From a virus (lineage: Duplodnaviria; Caudoviricetes): a DNA stretch of 64,000 nucleotides. The notes beneath the pieces are model-generated. The model was given only the letters and a program-made list of their open reading frames with translations, did not search any database and had not been told where the DNA came from. Shown piece after piece: positions 28,216-38,715 of the stretch. Each line of letters begins with the position of its first letter. Positions within the stretch are counted from its first letter, which is position 1. The stretch lies in IMG/VR virus record IMGVR_UViG_2600255250_000001, positions 17,742 through 81,741 of that record; one strand, 5' to 3'. A program made the position numbers and the translations under genes.

Positions 28216-28287
28216 TTGAGTTCCTCTAAAGAAAAGTCCACCGCCCAGGAGCTGAACGGTGGACCTCTATTTCTGCGACGCGCTGGA

Positions 28288-29475
28288 TTACGCGGCGAAC
28301 GTGAAAATCTGGCGAGTGTCACCGAAGGAGAGCTTGTAGCCAGTGTTCTCAGTCTTCACGTAAGTGATGGACTGGTTCTGGATAGCGCGCTCCGACTCGT
28401 CGATGCTCGAACCGGCTTCGACCAGCTCTTCCAAGGTGTCACCCTTCGAGAAGCCCATCAGCTGGTTGGCGGGCATTGCGCTCGACAGGGCGAAGTCCAC
28501 CTTGCCTTGCAGGATCGGGATGCCACCAATCTGGAAGCCGGTGGCTGCCAGGTTGTTCGCGTCCGTACGGTTGTTGGCCGAGGTTGGGATTGCGAACAGC
28601 ATCAGCCAGGCCACGTAAGCGTCCCAGTTTCCAACCACGGTGTCGACCGGCACGCCGGCCTTTGCACGATTGATCAGCCAAGCCATCAAAGCCTTCCAGC
28701 TGATGACACCAGCAGCCGTACCTGTGGCCAGGGTCGCCTGAGCAACCGTGGTCGCGGCAGGGTTGACGCCGTCGCCGTTGATCAGGACGCCAGTGGCGGT
28801 CCAGACCTTCGAGCGCTCGGTCTCGCGAGCCATACGGTTCTGGAAAGGCGTGAGCATGTCTAGACGAGCCCGGCGCTGGAACTCGTAGGAGATACGATAA
28901 CCACCACCATGCTTGTAGATCTTGACAGCCGTTTCGCCGGTGCGGATCGTCTTGACCGGGATACGGCCAAGCTCGGCAACTGCGCGGACCACCTGGTAGT
29001 CGGTCTCCACGTCATCGACGACGGTCGAAACCATCTCGATGCCGTTGATCGTGCGGGACTGCGACACGAGAGCGGTGGTATTTTCCAGCTGGTCCTGACG
29101 GTACTTGTAACGCACCAGGTCGTCGATGACCTGTGGGAAGAGGGCGCGGGTGCCGGCGTACGTCTGGAAGGTGTCGGACGCGGCTTCGAGAACGATGCCA
29201 CGAGAGAAGTCATTGGCGACCGGCAGGCCAAGCAGGGCCAGAGCGGCTTCGTAGCCGGTCAGGTAGCCATCGCTGTCGCGGTAGCGCTCTGGCGTATCAG
29301 ACGCCGGAACGTCGATGGCCAGGTCAAGATAGTCGCGCATGTCCAGGCCGAAGCTACGAGCTTCGTTGGTGAGCTTCAGAGCGGCACGGATCGACTCCTG
29401 CGAGTCTTCACTACGCAGGGCCGAGAGTTCATGGACACCACGGCGGCGAACCTGGGTGAGTGAAAGAGTCGACAT
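28288..29475 (-). CDS. Major capsid protein
   Basis: 395 aa; VAELGRIP, KIYKHGGGYRISYE, LINGDG; GGAG RBS. Confidence 0.85.
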   Translation of the reverse strand: MSTLSLTQVRRRGVHELSALRSEDSQESIRAALKLTNEARSFGLDMRDYLDLAIDVPASDTPERYRDSDGYLTGYEAALALLGLPVANDFSRGIVLEAASDTFQTYAGTRALFPQVIDDLVRYKYRQDQLENTTALVSQSRTINGIEMVSTVVDDVETDYQVVRAVAELGRIPVKTIRTGETAVKIYKHGGGYRISYEFQRRARLDMLTPFQNRMARETERSKVWTATGVLINGDGVNPAATTVAQATLATGTAAGVISWKALMAWLINRAKAGVPVDTVVGNWDAYVAWLMLFAIPTSANNRTDANNLAATGFQIGGIPILQGKVDFALSSAMPANQLMGFSKGDTLEELVEAGSSIDESERAIQNQSITYVKTENTGYKLSFGDTRQIFTFAA

Positions 29476-29499
29476 TGGTTTCGTTCTCCGTGGATTTGA

Positions 29500-29904
29500 T
29501 TAGAGCTTGACGACGGTGGCGACGAGGCCAACGACTTCAACGACCATGTTTGCATTAAGGTCAGTGACACCAGCCGGCTTGACTTCGCCGGCACCGGCGC
29601 CAACCACAGAGCCGCCGACCACGACCACCTGGCCGACTTTGATCGGCAGAGTGTTGGCGAACTTCAGCTCGACTGCGCCGACAAGGGTGCCTTCGATGGT
29701 GCGGTCTTCTACGGTCGCGAGGCGACCGACGATGTAGTCGCCATCACCAGCGAGCTTGACCGTGTTTGCAGCCGCAGCGCTAATCGCAACAGCCTTGCCT
29801 ACGTCAGCGGCAACAATGCCGGCCGTAAGCTTGAAGGTCAGGCTGAAGTCTTCGAAGTGAAAACCTGCGAGACTGACGTTAGTGTGGAAAGGAGTGCCGG
29901 CCAT
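29500..29904 (-). CDS. Capsid decoration/cement protein
   Basis: Small Val/Gly/Ala-rich ORF between protease and capsid genes. Confidence 0.65.
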   Translation of the reverse strand: MAGTPFHTNVSLAGFHFEDFSLTFKLTAGIVAADVGKAVAISAAAANTVKLAGDGDYIVGRLATVEDRTIEGTLVGAVELKFANTLPIKVGQVVVVGGSVVGAGAGEVKPAGVTDLNANMVVEVVGLVATVVKL

Positions 29905-29923
29905 TGTTCAAAATCTCCGTGGA

Positions 29924-31060
29924 TTACTTGCGGACGCGGAAGGCGCCGAGGTTGGCAGGAGCCGCCTTGGTATCGACATCATCGACGGCGTCTTTGGCTT
30001 TGGCGCCAGCGGTCAGCAAAGCTGCCATTGACGTAGTCGTCTCCGCGAGGAGAGCTTCCATCTCAGGGACCGTCTCCGGAACCGTCACGTTGAGCTTGCC
30101 GGCGGCGGTCAGGACCTTCGTCACGACACCCTTCAGTGCAGTGAGCGCAGCAGCGGCCTCGGTCGTCTTGGCTTCCAGGTCCGTCTTGGCAGTGGCCAGT
30201 TCGGTGGCGATAGTCACATCGGGCTTCGCGGCGTCAGAGAGCTGCACCTTGAGAGCGGCGATCTCCGTATCCTTGCCGGCAATGGTAAGTTCGAGAGCAG
30301 CGAAGGCAGAGACCTTCTGTGCAAGCTCGACCTTCACATCGGTCAGGCTGGCGACGAGAGCAGTAAGATCCATTTGGTCATTCCTCGTAGATGCCGCCAA
30401 GATGAAGATGTTCGGGTCCAAACCGCTGGCGGCGAGTTTCTGATACGAGGACCCAAAGTGTGCTTGGTCACGAGGAACGATGCGGGCGTTTTGCGCTCCA
30501 CCCTTTCCTACGAGTGACATTTCAAACCAGACATCGAGGCCTACCAGCTTCCCGTAGACTCCATTCTCGCCGAGGGTGTTGCCATCGGGGTCGGTGCCGG
30601 TGAAGATGTGCTCGAATGTTGCGTCTGGACCGAGATAATCGAAACCAGACACGCTGTTATAGATGTGCTTCGAGAGGATGGAGACTGAGACCTGATCGAC
30701 GGTCCCGGCATCTATCTTCTTGATCGTCTCGGCTTCGGTCTCGTCCATAAAGAACAGAACGCGAAGCTCAGAATTCACTCCGGTGTCGACCACTTGTCCG
30801 TGGAAGACGCGGCCTTTTGGCAAGACGCTCGAATCATGGATGGATTGGAGAGGGATCGTCTCTTGCGAAAGAGACGCGGCCATTTCCATCAACACACCAC
30901 GGTCGACGACCGACTTGTTGTAGAGGGGATGCTTCTTGCGAAGTGGGAGCGTGTTTAGGGCAATCGCTTCGTAGACAGCCAGGTTGTCGAGACTGACATC
31001 AGCACCAACCGCAGCGCGGAGACGGGAGATGATGTCCGGTGTCTTGGCGACCTGTTTCAT
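29924..31060 (-). CDS. Prohead protease/scaffold
   Basis: H, VSVS, EMSLVGKGG motifs followed by coiled coil. Confidence 0.7.
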   Translation of the reverse strand: MKQVAKTPDIISRLRAAVGADVSLDNLAVYEAIALNTLPLRKKHPLYNKSVVDRGVLMEMAASLSQETIPLQSIHDSSVLPKGRVFHGQVVDTGVNSELRVLFFMDETEAETIKKIDAGTVDQVSVSILSKHIYNSVSGFDYLGPDATFEHIFTGTDPDGNTLGENGVYGKLVGLDVWFEMSLVGKGGAQNARIVPRDQAHFGSSYQKLAASGLDPNIFILAASTRNDQMDLTALVASLTDVKVELAQKVSAFAALELTIAGKDTEIAALKVQLSDAAKPDVTIATELATAKTDLEAKTTEAAAALTALKGVVTKVLTAAGKLNVTVPETVPEMEALLAETTTSMAALLTAGAKAKDAVDDVDTKAAPANLGAFRVRK

Positions 31061-31141
31061 TCTCCTCTGAAGATGTGCAGCCCTAGTGTTGGATGCAAAT
31101 TTCAGAGGAGTCGAAACGGTTCGTAGTGACTACAAGTCACC

Positions 31142-34100
31142 CTACGAAAGCGGTGATATGCCTCGCATCGTGTTGAGGATGAATTTTGCAGTTCTAAGCT
31201 GCGGATTTCCAACCGGTGGATGAACGTGATCTTGATACTCGGTTGGCGTCCAGAAACCACGAAGCATGTACAGTGGAACGAAAAGCAGCCCGTTCATCAT
31301 CGCCGAAATTCGCATGGCTTCCTGGTATTCCCAAGGGTATCGGCCAACAGTGTTCTGGTCTTCGCTTTCTTGAGTGTAGGGCGGAACATTAGAAGACGTG
31401 TTCCAGTCCGCCATAACGACAATCATCGCGCCCGGGGCTCGGGCATGAATCGCCGCGTAGAGTTCTCTCATGCCCCCATAATACGTGCCAGCTGCCGTGT
31501 TGAGCCTGTCGCTCGGAACGCCAAGTGGGGCACCGTTCCACCAATCGTTCACCCCGAATTCAGCGAACACTATTTTTGACAGTGGATTGATGTTGGCAAC
31601 GGCGGCAAGGATTTCGCCCCCGTAATTCAAACCGCCCGTGGGGTGATCCCATTTGGCCATCTTGCCGCCACCAACGCCGTGGTCAACCAGCGTAGCCAGG
31701 CCCAGGCCGTTCTTAACGAGTGTTATCCAGTCGTCGCCTGCCGTGAGCGAGGTGCCGATGCAGTCGCCATCAAGCCCTACCCAGTCAACATTTGCATTGC
31801 TGGTCAGTCCGCTGAGAATGGTGCTAACGCCCTTGAATACCCCATCTATGGTTGCAGAATACTCAAGTGCTCCAAGCAGCTGCGAGAAAATTGGGGTATT
31901 AACGCTTGGCTGCGTCGCAAAGTAGAAAAGTGGAATGCCGGTTGCGGCAGTATAGTGATTGCTCCCAGAATGTTTCCAACACAAGTACTGCCCTTTGATG
32001 ACAGGCAGATTAGGCACGATGGTCGCTTTGCCAGCACCTACAGAGAACGCTCCCGTAGCTGTGGTGGTGAAAGTGCCATCCAGGTTTTTAGTGAGAATGG
32101 CGAGAGTCACCGTGCCGGCGGTCGTGCCATAGACCGTCAGAGACGACAAGAAGCCATTATAAGGGACAGCAACCTGCGGTGAGATGAAGTAGAGATTGCT
32201 GAAAGGCGATGCAGCTGCAACGCTGGCTGCTGCCTTACCAAGGACAGAAGTAGAGCTTGGACCAATTTCCAGGACATTAAGCCGGCGGTCGCTCACCGCT
32301 CGGAGGCCATTGTATGTGCCTTCGATAGTTGCAGACCACTGGAGGTTGGCAATAAGTTGTGCAGATTGCGCAGTGTTGGTGGTAGGCTTGGCGTTGAAAT
32401 ATCCAACAGTCACGATACCAGTGCCGGCGCCGTCGTAGTGTTGAACGCCCGTATGCTGCCAACAGACGTATTGACCTTTAGCAATTGGGAGATCTGGCGC
32501 CACGGTCACCTTGCCGGCCGCTACGTTGATTTCCGCCTGCGCGGTGATCGTGAAGGTGCCATCCGTGTTCTTGGTGGCTATCAGGACCGTCAACAGGCCA
32601 CTGCTGGTTCCATACAGTGTAAGCGACGTGAGGAAGCCATCAGCAGGGCTGCGCTCCTTAGGCAAAATCCAGACAAGACCCGACCATGCGGTGGATGCTG
32701 CGACACTCGCCGCTGCCATTCCAAGCACACTGGTATTGCCGATGGCTTCGGCAGTGACCATACGAGCGGTGAGGGTGGTTCCAACGCCCCGGATTGTGGG
32801 CTCTACAGTCGCCGAAAATTGTAGGTTGGCGAGAAACGCAGCACTTCGAGTGCTGTTAACAGTGGGTTCGGTGTTGAAATAGGAGACCGTCTCCCCCGTG
32901 TTGGAACCATCATAGTGTGAGGTGCCCGTATGCCTCCAGCAAACGAATTGCCCCTTTGCGATTGGAAGATTTGGGGTAACGGTAACCTTGCCCGCTGCCA
33001 CGCTAAAATCGATGGCCCCTGTGACGGTAAATGTCCCGTCGGAGTTCCTCGTCATAATGCGTACCATGATGTCGCCGGCGCTCGTGCCGTAAACGCTCAT
33101 GGAGGTCAGGAAGCCATCCACCTGGGACGCCGCCATAGGGCACATGAAAACAGCGGCTGACCATCCAGTGGATGCCACCACGTCAGCGGCAAGCATACCA
33201 AGAGTTCTCTGCCTGGTGAGGGCTGCTTCATGATCGATAGTGGTTTCGTTGAGAGGCAACGATTTGAAAGTTACACCCACGTCGAAACGACTACCGGTGG
33301 TGACGGTCAAGGCAAAGGCCGAATTCGGAATGACCGCCGTGGTAGTAGCAGTCCAATAGTCAACCCCAGCACCAAGGCCCGTCGTCTTGTAGAGACCGAG
33401 GGGCGCATAGACCATAAGGTATTCGCCGGCGAACACACTGAAGTCCACGCCGGTAAGGGCGTTCACGCCAGCTGCCATCTTGAGGCGCTTTGACCTTAGG
33501 ATAGTAAAGTTTGAGCCAGACTTGGTGCCCGCGTAAAGCCAAACCGGGCCGGCGTTGCCCGAGACGTGAAGAATGTCCACCACCTTGTTGACATCGATGG
33601 CGACTGGGATGACGTACCAGTTGGTGCCTACGGTGATCGCGCCCGTGGTCGGAGCCGGGACTTGGCCTAGGGTTGCCACTCCCATATTGCCGATGTTCAG
33701 GTCAATGCTGGCTTTCGTGGGTGTAGTCACACCGGCGACGATTAACGACGTGCCAGCGTTGTTCTTGTAGAGTTGGTTGTAGAAGCCGTCCGACGACAGC
33801 GCCCAATAGCTCTGGCCGCTGCCGGCAAGGAAAGTGACAGTGAGAGCCACCGCTGCGCCAGTAAGACCGGCTGATGCGCCAAATCCGGGGGTAGGAGCAG
33901 AAGGCGCTGCTCCAATATACTCACCTGGGCCGGTGATCCTAACCGCAGTAACAATGCCGCCAGCAACGTCGAAGACGCCAGTTGGGTTGACGGAGAAGTT
34001 GCCTCCACTCCAAGTAAGGGCGAAGTCATTCCCGGTGGTGCCGCCAGAGCCCGCCGTGATCGCCCCAACCAGATTGCTAATGCCACGTGGTACGTTAGCG

Positions 34101-34516
34101 GCAGCGGAGAGTGGGAAGAAACCGGCCGCGATTTTGGCCAGGGCGGCGCTCGCCGCATCGGCGTGCGTCGACACAACATCGGCAGCCGTCGAAGCAGCGT
34201 TGGAGATAGTGGTGGCAGCATTCCCAGCAGTGGTGGAAACCGCAGCGGTGATGGCAGTCATTGCCGAGCCAAGATCACCAAATTCGGCAGCGACGACTTC
34301 AACCACGCCTCTGTCAGTGGTCGTCTGAGCAGCGTTGGTTTCGGACTGGACGGCAGCTGCTTCGGCCGCAATTCTAGAGGCTTCGGCTGATGCTCCATCA
34401 GCGGTGTTGATGATCGTTATGTTGGATAGAGCAACCGAAACGACAGGATCAGCTTCATAGCCGATGACTGCTGCGACACCTTCGGTGTATAGAATGGCGG
34501 TATTGTCAAACGACAT
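31142..34516 (-). CDS. Virion fibre/spike with triple internal repeat and C-terminal SGNH hydrolase
   Basis: IGTSLT, GVGG, FGVND, DHVHP; three ~160-aa repeats. Confidence 0.7.
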   Translation of the reverse strand: MSFDNTAILYTEGVAAVIGYEADPVVSVALSNITIINTADGASAEASRIAAEAAAVQSETNAAQTTTDRGVVEVVAAEFGDLGSAMTAITAAVSTTAGNAATTISNAASTAADVVSTHADAASAALAKIAAGFFPLSAAANVPRGISNLVGAITAGSGGTTGNDFALTWSGGNFSVNPTGVFDVAGGIVTAVRITGPGEYIGAAPSAPTPGFGASAGLTGAAVALTVTFLAGSGQSYWALSSDGFYNQLYKNNAGTSLIVAGVTTPTKASIDLNIGNMGVATLGQVPAPTTGAITVGTNWYVIPVAIDVNKVVDILHVSGNAGPVWLYAGTKSGSNFTILRSKRLKMAAGVNALTGVDFSVFAGEYLMVYAPLGLYKTTGLGAGVDYWTATTTAVIPNSAFALTVTTGSRFDVGVTFKSLPLNETTIDHEAALTRQRTLGMLAADVVASTGWSAAVFMCPMAASQVDGFLTSMSVYGTSAGDIMVRIMTRNSDGTFTVTGAIDFSVAAGKVTVTPNLPIAKGQFVCWRHTGTSHYDGSNTGETVSYFNTEPTVNSTRSAAFLANLQFSATVEPTIRGVGTTLTARMVTAEAIGNTSVLGMAAASVAASTAWSGLVWILPKERSPADGFLTSLTLYGTSSGLLTVLIATKNTDGTFTITAQAEINVAAGKVTVAPDLPIAKGQYVCWQHTGVQHYDGAGTGIVTVGYFNAKPTTNTAQSAQLIANLQWSATIEGTYNGLRAVSDRRLNVLEIGPSSTSVLGKAAASVAAASPFSNLYFISPQVAVPYNGFLSSLTVYGTTAGTVTLAILTKNLDGTFTTTATGAFSVGAGKATIVPNLPVIKGQYLCWKHSGSNHYTAATGIPLFYFATQPSVNTPIFSQLLGALEYSATIDGVFKGVSTILSGLTSNANVDWVGLDGDCIGTSLTAGDDWITLVKNGLGLATLVDHGVGGGKMAKWDHPTGGLNYGGEILAAVANINPLSKIVFAEFGVNDWWNGAPLGVPSDRLNTAAGTYYGGMRELYAAIHARAPGAMIVVMADWNTSSNVPPYTQESEDQNTVGRYPWEYQEAMRISAMMNGLLFVPLYMLRGFWTPTEYQDHVHPPVGNPQLRTAKFILNTMRGISPLS

Positions 34517-34865
34517 CGCGAGTTACTCTTGCTGATACTGGCCAACGCCAGATGCCTGGGATCGGGGTCTTCACTGATCCGACGATATTGATGATGTCGA
34601 ACATGACCGCGTCGGTCCAAGCGACCGAGGCAGCGGCGGGAATGGCAATCAACAGGACGTTGCCGTCCTCGCGACTGATGGTTGCCTCGGCAGAATCGGC
34701 TTCGAAGAGCACGATTGGAGAAGCCACAGCTGTTCTGAACTGGGCAACCAAACGGCCGGTGCCCAACTCAATTGCGTCCCAAAACTCAGGTGTGTATTGC
34801 AGTCGAATGTAGGTCAGATACCCAGGGCGGATCGGCTCTACCTGCTTGAAGAGTTGCTGGCTCAT
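34506..34865 (-). CDS. Hypothetical virion adaptor protein
   Basis: Beta-rich, ending VTR; coupled between portal and fibre. Confidence 0.5.
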   Translation of the reverse strand: MSQQLFKQVEPIRPGYLTYIRLQYTPEFWDAIELGTGRLVAQFRTAVASPIVLFEADSAEATISREDGNVLLIAIPAAASVAWTDAVMFDIINIVGSVKTPIPGIWRWPVSARVTRDVV

Positions 34866-36322
34866 TTCTTAACCCCGTTCGACTTCGCGGCCTTCGCGCC
34901 CTCTGAGGTGAGAGATCGGCCGAGCGGGTCGCTGTTTGGTGTTGCTTTCGACGCATCGATGGCACCTTGGTCGCCAGCGAACTTGGTCCCAGAAAGCTCA
35001 GGGGAGGCGTCAGGGCGCAGGCGCCGGTACATGAGCAGATGGTACTCATCGTCGGTGATCAGGCCATCGGACAGGTCCTGGCGCAGCCGTGAGGCACGAA
35101 GCGTCAACTGAGGCTCCAACTCCAGGTCGGGTCGCAGCTCGGCCTTGACGAAGGTCACTTCGGCAAAGCCTTGGTAACCACTCTGATGGAGGATGAAGGA
35201 ACAGATGTTGGTGAGCAGCTCGGCCACCGGCTCGTTCAGCTCGTCGGCGTTCATGGCCGCGATGCGGGCCTCGACCGACGATGTATTGACGCCCGAGGCG
35301 CCACGGCCGATGACCGTCGCCATGGTCTTGAGGCCGGCCTGGTTCTGGGCATTCAGAGTTTCGATGACCGACGTGATGTCGATGCCGACGCCGGGGTTTT
35401 TCTCGTTGATGATCTTGGGTTCAATCGAGTCCCAGTGGATCACGGCCTGATCGGCGCGAACGCTCGAAAACAGGGAACTGACCTCATTGAAGCGGGCCTG
35501 CATCCAAGCCTTCTGCTTCTCCTGGTCGTTCTTGATGTTCGCCGGCATGTTCTTGAGCAGAACTTCCTCGACCACCGTGATGTCGAGGCGGGGGTAGCCG
35601 GTCTTCTGCATGATCCGGTAGAGGTCGTTGATCACCTGCTGCCGGGCGGCGATCGTGTTGATCGACGACACGAACGTCGAATAGGAGTAGATCTCGGTCG
35701 GGTCGCGGCGGAAGAACGAGACGAAGAAAGTCGGGATGTCAAGGTCGATGCCGTCCTGGACGCCCTGAACCTTTTGGCGGGGTTTGAACAGACCTGGCTT
35801 CTTCTCGTACCACTCGATGCTCTGCATATCGACGACACGCAGTTCGCTCGGCGCTAGTTTGTCGTTGAGGACCAGCTCGGTGCCGATGGCACCGCGAAGC
35901 AGCGCCATGAAGCGGAACTCCTCGGCAATCGTTTTGAGGTCCTTCTTCAGCTGGAAGCCGAGGGTATAGTCGGTCGGAACCGTCAGAAACTTGATCTGCT
36001 GCACGAGCAGTTTAGTCTGGTCCCGGTCTATCTGCCCGTCCATATCACGGACCAGGATCAGCGGTTCGGTGTTTGCCATGGTAAGGTAGGAGAAGACGGC
36101 AGCGGACACGTCCGGGTCGGTCTTGAACAGACCTTTCAACAGAGTGCGGCTGTCGTCCGACTGACGCGACGTAAAGATGTCCGTCAAATGCTCCTGATAG
36201 AGAGGAGCGGTCAGGACGCGATCAGCAGCCTGCGGGTTGAATGTGGCAGTAGCGGAGATACCACCCTTTTTGGACGACTTCTTTGGTGAAATGATTTGGA
36301 GCAGTTGCCCTAGTGAGGCCAA
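34862..36322 (-). CDS. Portal protein
   Basis: 486 aa directly after terminase; helical, portal-like size. Confidence 0.75.
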   Translation of the reverse strand: MASLGQLLQIISPKKSSKKGGISATATFNPQAADRVLTAPLYQEHLTDIFTSRQSDDSRTLLKGLFKTDPDVSAAVFSYLTMANTEPLILVRDMDGQIDRDQTKLLVQQIKFLTVPTDYTLGFQLKKDLKTIAEEFRFMALLRGAIGTELVLNDKLAPSELRVVDMQSIEWYEKKPGLFKPRQKVQGVQDGIDLDIPTFFVSFFRRDPTEIYSYSTFVSSINTIAARQQVINDLYRIMQKTGYPRLDITVVEEVLLKNMPANIKNDQEKQKAWMQARFNEVSSLFSSVRADQAVIHWDSIEPKIINEKNPGVGIDITSVIETLNAQNQAGLKTMATVIGRGASGVNTSSVEARIAAMNADELNEPVAELLTNICSFILHQSGYQGFAEVTFVKAELRPDLELEPQLTLRASRLRQDLSDGLITDDEYHLLMYRRLRPDASPELSGTKFAGDQGAIDASKATPNSDPLGRSLTSEGAKAAKSNGVKK

Positions 36323-36331
36323 AGTTCTGTC

Positions 36332-38074
36332 CTAACTGATGGTTCCCAGTGATATGGCTTCTTTGCGCCGGGATTTCACACCCATCTCAGGTCCATTCTT
36401 CATCGTAACGATGAGGTCTTGGGTGGTGAACATCGACCTGGGGTCGGCGTCGGACCTGTAGAGCAGGGCATCATTCACGCGAGTAGCGTAGATGCCGTAG
36501 GCGATGGCGTGAAAGAAGTGGTCATTGCCCGTTAGCTTCTGCCAAATGGCCGACGTGTCTTCCTTCTCGATGCGGACCATGTCTTGCAGGTGTGCGACGA
36601 GGAGATGCTCGTGCTTCCCGTAGCCCACCATGCTCATACGGCGCTTCCGGATCATCGTCGCGACGGTGTCGATCATCGTCGTCCGGTTGGCGCGGACGTG
36701 GCTGATGTTGTCCAGTTCGTCCTTGACCAGCTGCACGGCGGCCGACGTGGGCGAGCTGGCATACTCGACCGGGATCACCAGTCCATCAGTCTCCTCCATG
36801 ATGCTGTTAGCGAGTGGGGTGTAGGGGTGGCGATCCATGCAGCCGCCAACCAGATTGAAGGTCTCCTTGATCTGCCTGACCTCATCGAGGAGGTTGTCAG
36901 CCGAGACCTGGCGGAAATCGAAAATCACCGGCTCTTTCTGGCCGAGATGGATCAGCACGATATGGCAGATGATGCCCATGTCGATGCCAATGATCACCGG
37001 CGCAGAGTGGGTGATCGCGCTGGAGCTGCCCATGACAGCCCGAATGTCGGTCTCGCTCAGCCGGGCATTGGAGTCGTTGAAGGATTGGCCTAGGACCGTG
37101 TTGTACCAGCGACGCAGAGCGTCCTTCGATTTATAAAGAAGGAGCTGATCGACCACATACTCGATGGTCAGGCGAGGAGTAGAAAAAGGATGAACGCGAT
37201 AGCCACGGCCCCGGCGACCAGCGAACCTGGGTATCCAAGAACGTAAAGAACTATCATGTACATCAAGAGGGTGACCACAGCGTTCACAACGTAGAAACGA
37301 GCTTCCGAGATCCAGTCTCGAAACCATTTCAGTGTCGATTTCAGATAGATCATTGAGATCACCACTCAAGCCTTTAATGGATACAAAATTGGGGTTGAAT
37401 TCCGGGATATTATGGTGTCGACATTTATTGCAACGGAGCATGTATTCATGCTGATCGCTGGCCTTGAATGAGGCGTCGATGCCGAAGCCCTCGAAGGTCG
37501 GAGTCGAGAACCCTTGGGTGATCCGATAGTCCGAGCCCTGGAGGCGGGACTGGAACAAGGCGAGCATTTCCTGGTCAGATAGATCCACTTCGTCATGGAA
37601 GAGGGCATCACTATTGATTGAGGTAGCGTCTGACTCCTTGTTGCCCGTGAAGTAGCCAAATGATTGATTTATTTGATACAAGCCCATAGATCGGATAGGC
37701 TTGTCGTAGCCGAGATTGAAGACACGTTCCTGACTTATCATTGGTCCGAAACGCGTTTGAGACGTACGTTTCATCATGATGTCGTCAGGCAGGGTGAAGA
37801 TCGCGCTGACAGCAACGGTGCGGGCTAGGAAGGCGGCGAACTTGCGAAGCTGGACTTCGGTCAGACCGATCTGAGAGCATTTGATGACACACATGTTAGG
37901 CGACATGTCATCGACAATTTGCCTTTGGAACTCGTATCCGTTGAACGAGAAGGGCTTCTTGCGGAGCTTGGTGTTCTTCTCAATCCAGTTCGACATCGAC
38001 ATAGCGTCGGTGTCTTCAGCGAATCTCGTGCGAACCTGTGATCTGAAATCCTTTAGGTACTGGTTGTTTTTCAC
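36332..38074 (-). CDS. Terminase large subunit (GpA-like)
   Basis: KCSQIGLTE Walker A, FHDEVD, FSTPT, CxxC pairs, IGIDMG, DHFFHA. Confidence 0.9.
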   Translation of the reverse strand: MKNNQYLKDFRSQVRTRFAEDTDAMSMSNWIEKNTKLRKKPFSFNGYEFQRQIVDDMSPNMCVIKCSQIGLTEVQLRKFAAFLARTVAVSAIFTLPDDIMMKRTSQTRFGPMISQERVFNLGYDKPIRSMGLYQINQSFGYFTGNKESDATSINSDALFHDEVDLSDQEMLALFQSRLQGSDYRITQGFSTPTFEGFGIDASFKASDQHEYMLRCNKCRHHNIPEFNPNFVSIKGLSGDLNDLSEIDTEMVSRLDLGSSFLRCERCGHPLDVHDSSLRSWIPRFAGRRGRGYRVHPFSTPRLTIEYVVDQLLLYKSKDALRRWYNTVLGQSFNDSNARLSETDIRAVMGSSSAITHSAPVIIGIDMGIICHIVLIHLGQKEPVIFDFRQVSADNLLDEVRQIKETFNLVGGCMDRHPYTPLANSIMEETDGLVIPVEYASSPTSAAVQLVKDELDNISHVRANRTTMIDTVATMIRKRRMSMVGYGKHEHLLVAHLQDMVRIEKEDTSAIWQKLTGNDHFFHAIAYGIYATRVNDALLYRSDADPRSMFTTQDLIVTMKNGPEMGVKSRRKEAISLGTIS

Positions 38075-38604
38075 GCTGTCCGGCCATGGTTCGTATGGAA
38101 CCCTAGCTCCAAAGCTTTGGCCTGATAGGCGGCAGAGGCCTGTTCGGCGGTAAGAAAGCGGCCTATGTGCGTCTTGCGGCCTTCATGCCTAATCATGGCC
38201 CTGAATGAATTTCTATGTTTCTCGAAGGTGACGCCTATGTATCCAGAGGTGTTGGTAACTGGAAGAGACATATTTCTTGCGTTATCGGTGTGAGTACCAT
38301 CCTTGAGATTGTCCCAGCGATTGTCTGATCGACTATGGTTCTCATGGTCGATCTCAACTGGTTCGTCTCCCGTCATCCAAATCCAGATAACTCGGTGAGT
38401 CAGGTAATCCACGTCGAAGATACTACCGCGTCGATATCCATGACCGTTGGTGGCAGTAAAGGCTTCCTTCCCAGCAAACTTGGTGTTCCATGTCTTCCAG
38501 TCCTGCTCACGCGAGAACATCTCTCTCGGCCGCTCTCGCCAGCGAAGCTCGCCAGTGAGAGGGTCATAATCCAATAGCTGTCGAAGGAGTGTCTGTGTCA
38601 GCAT
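38071..38604 (-). CDS. HNH endonuclease with AP2-like C-terminus
   Basis: LLDYDPLTGELRW, IDHENHSRSDNRWDNL, NTSGYIGV. Confidence 0.85.
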   Translation of the reverse strand: MLTQTLLRQLLDYDPLTGELRWRERPREMFSREQDWKTWNTKFAGKEAFTATNGHGYRRGSIFDVDYLTHRVIWIWMTGDEPVEIDHENHSRSDNRWDNLKDGTHTDNARNMSLPVTNTSGYIGVTFEKHRNSFRAMIRHEGRKTHIGRFLTAEQASAAYQAKALELGFHTNHGRTA

Positions 38605-38715
38605 TCTTGAGAGATAGGGACTCAAGACCCCGTTTGCATACCTATAGACTAAGAACCACGGTGGCTTGTGATTTGCTTTTTATACACGATCTAAGCTCCT
38701 TCACTGGAGCGCAAA

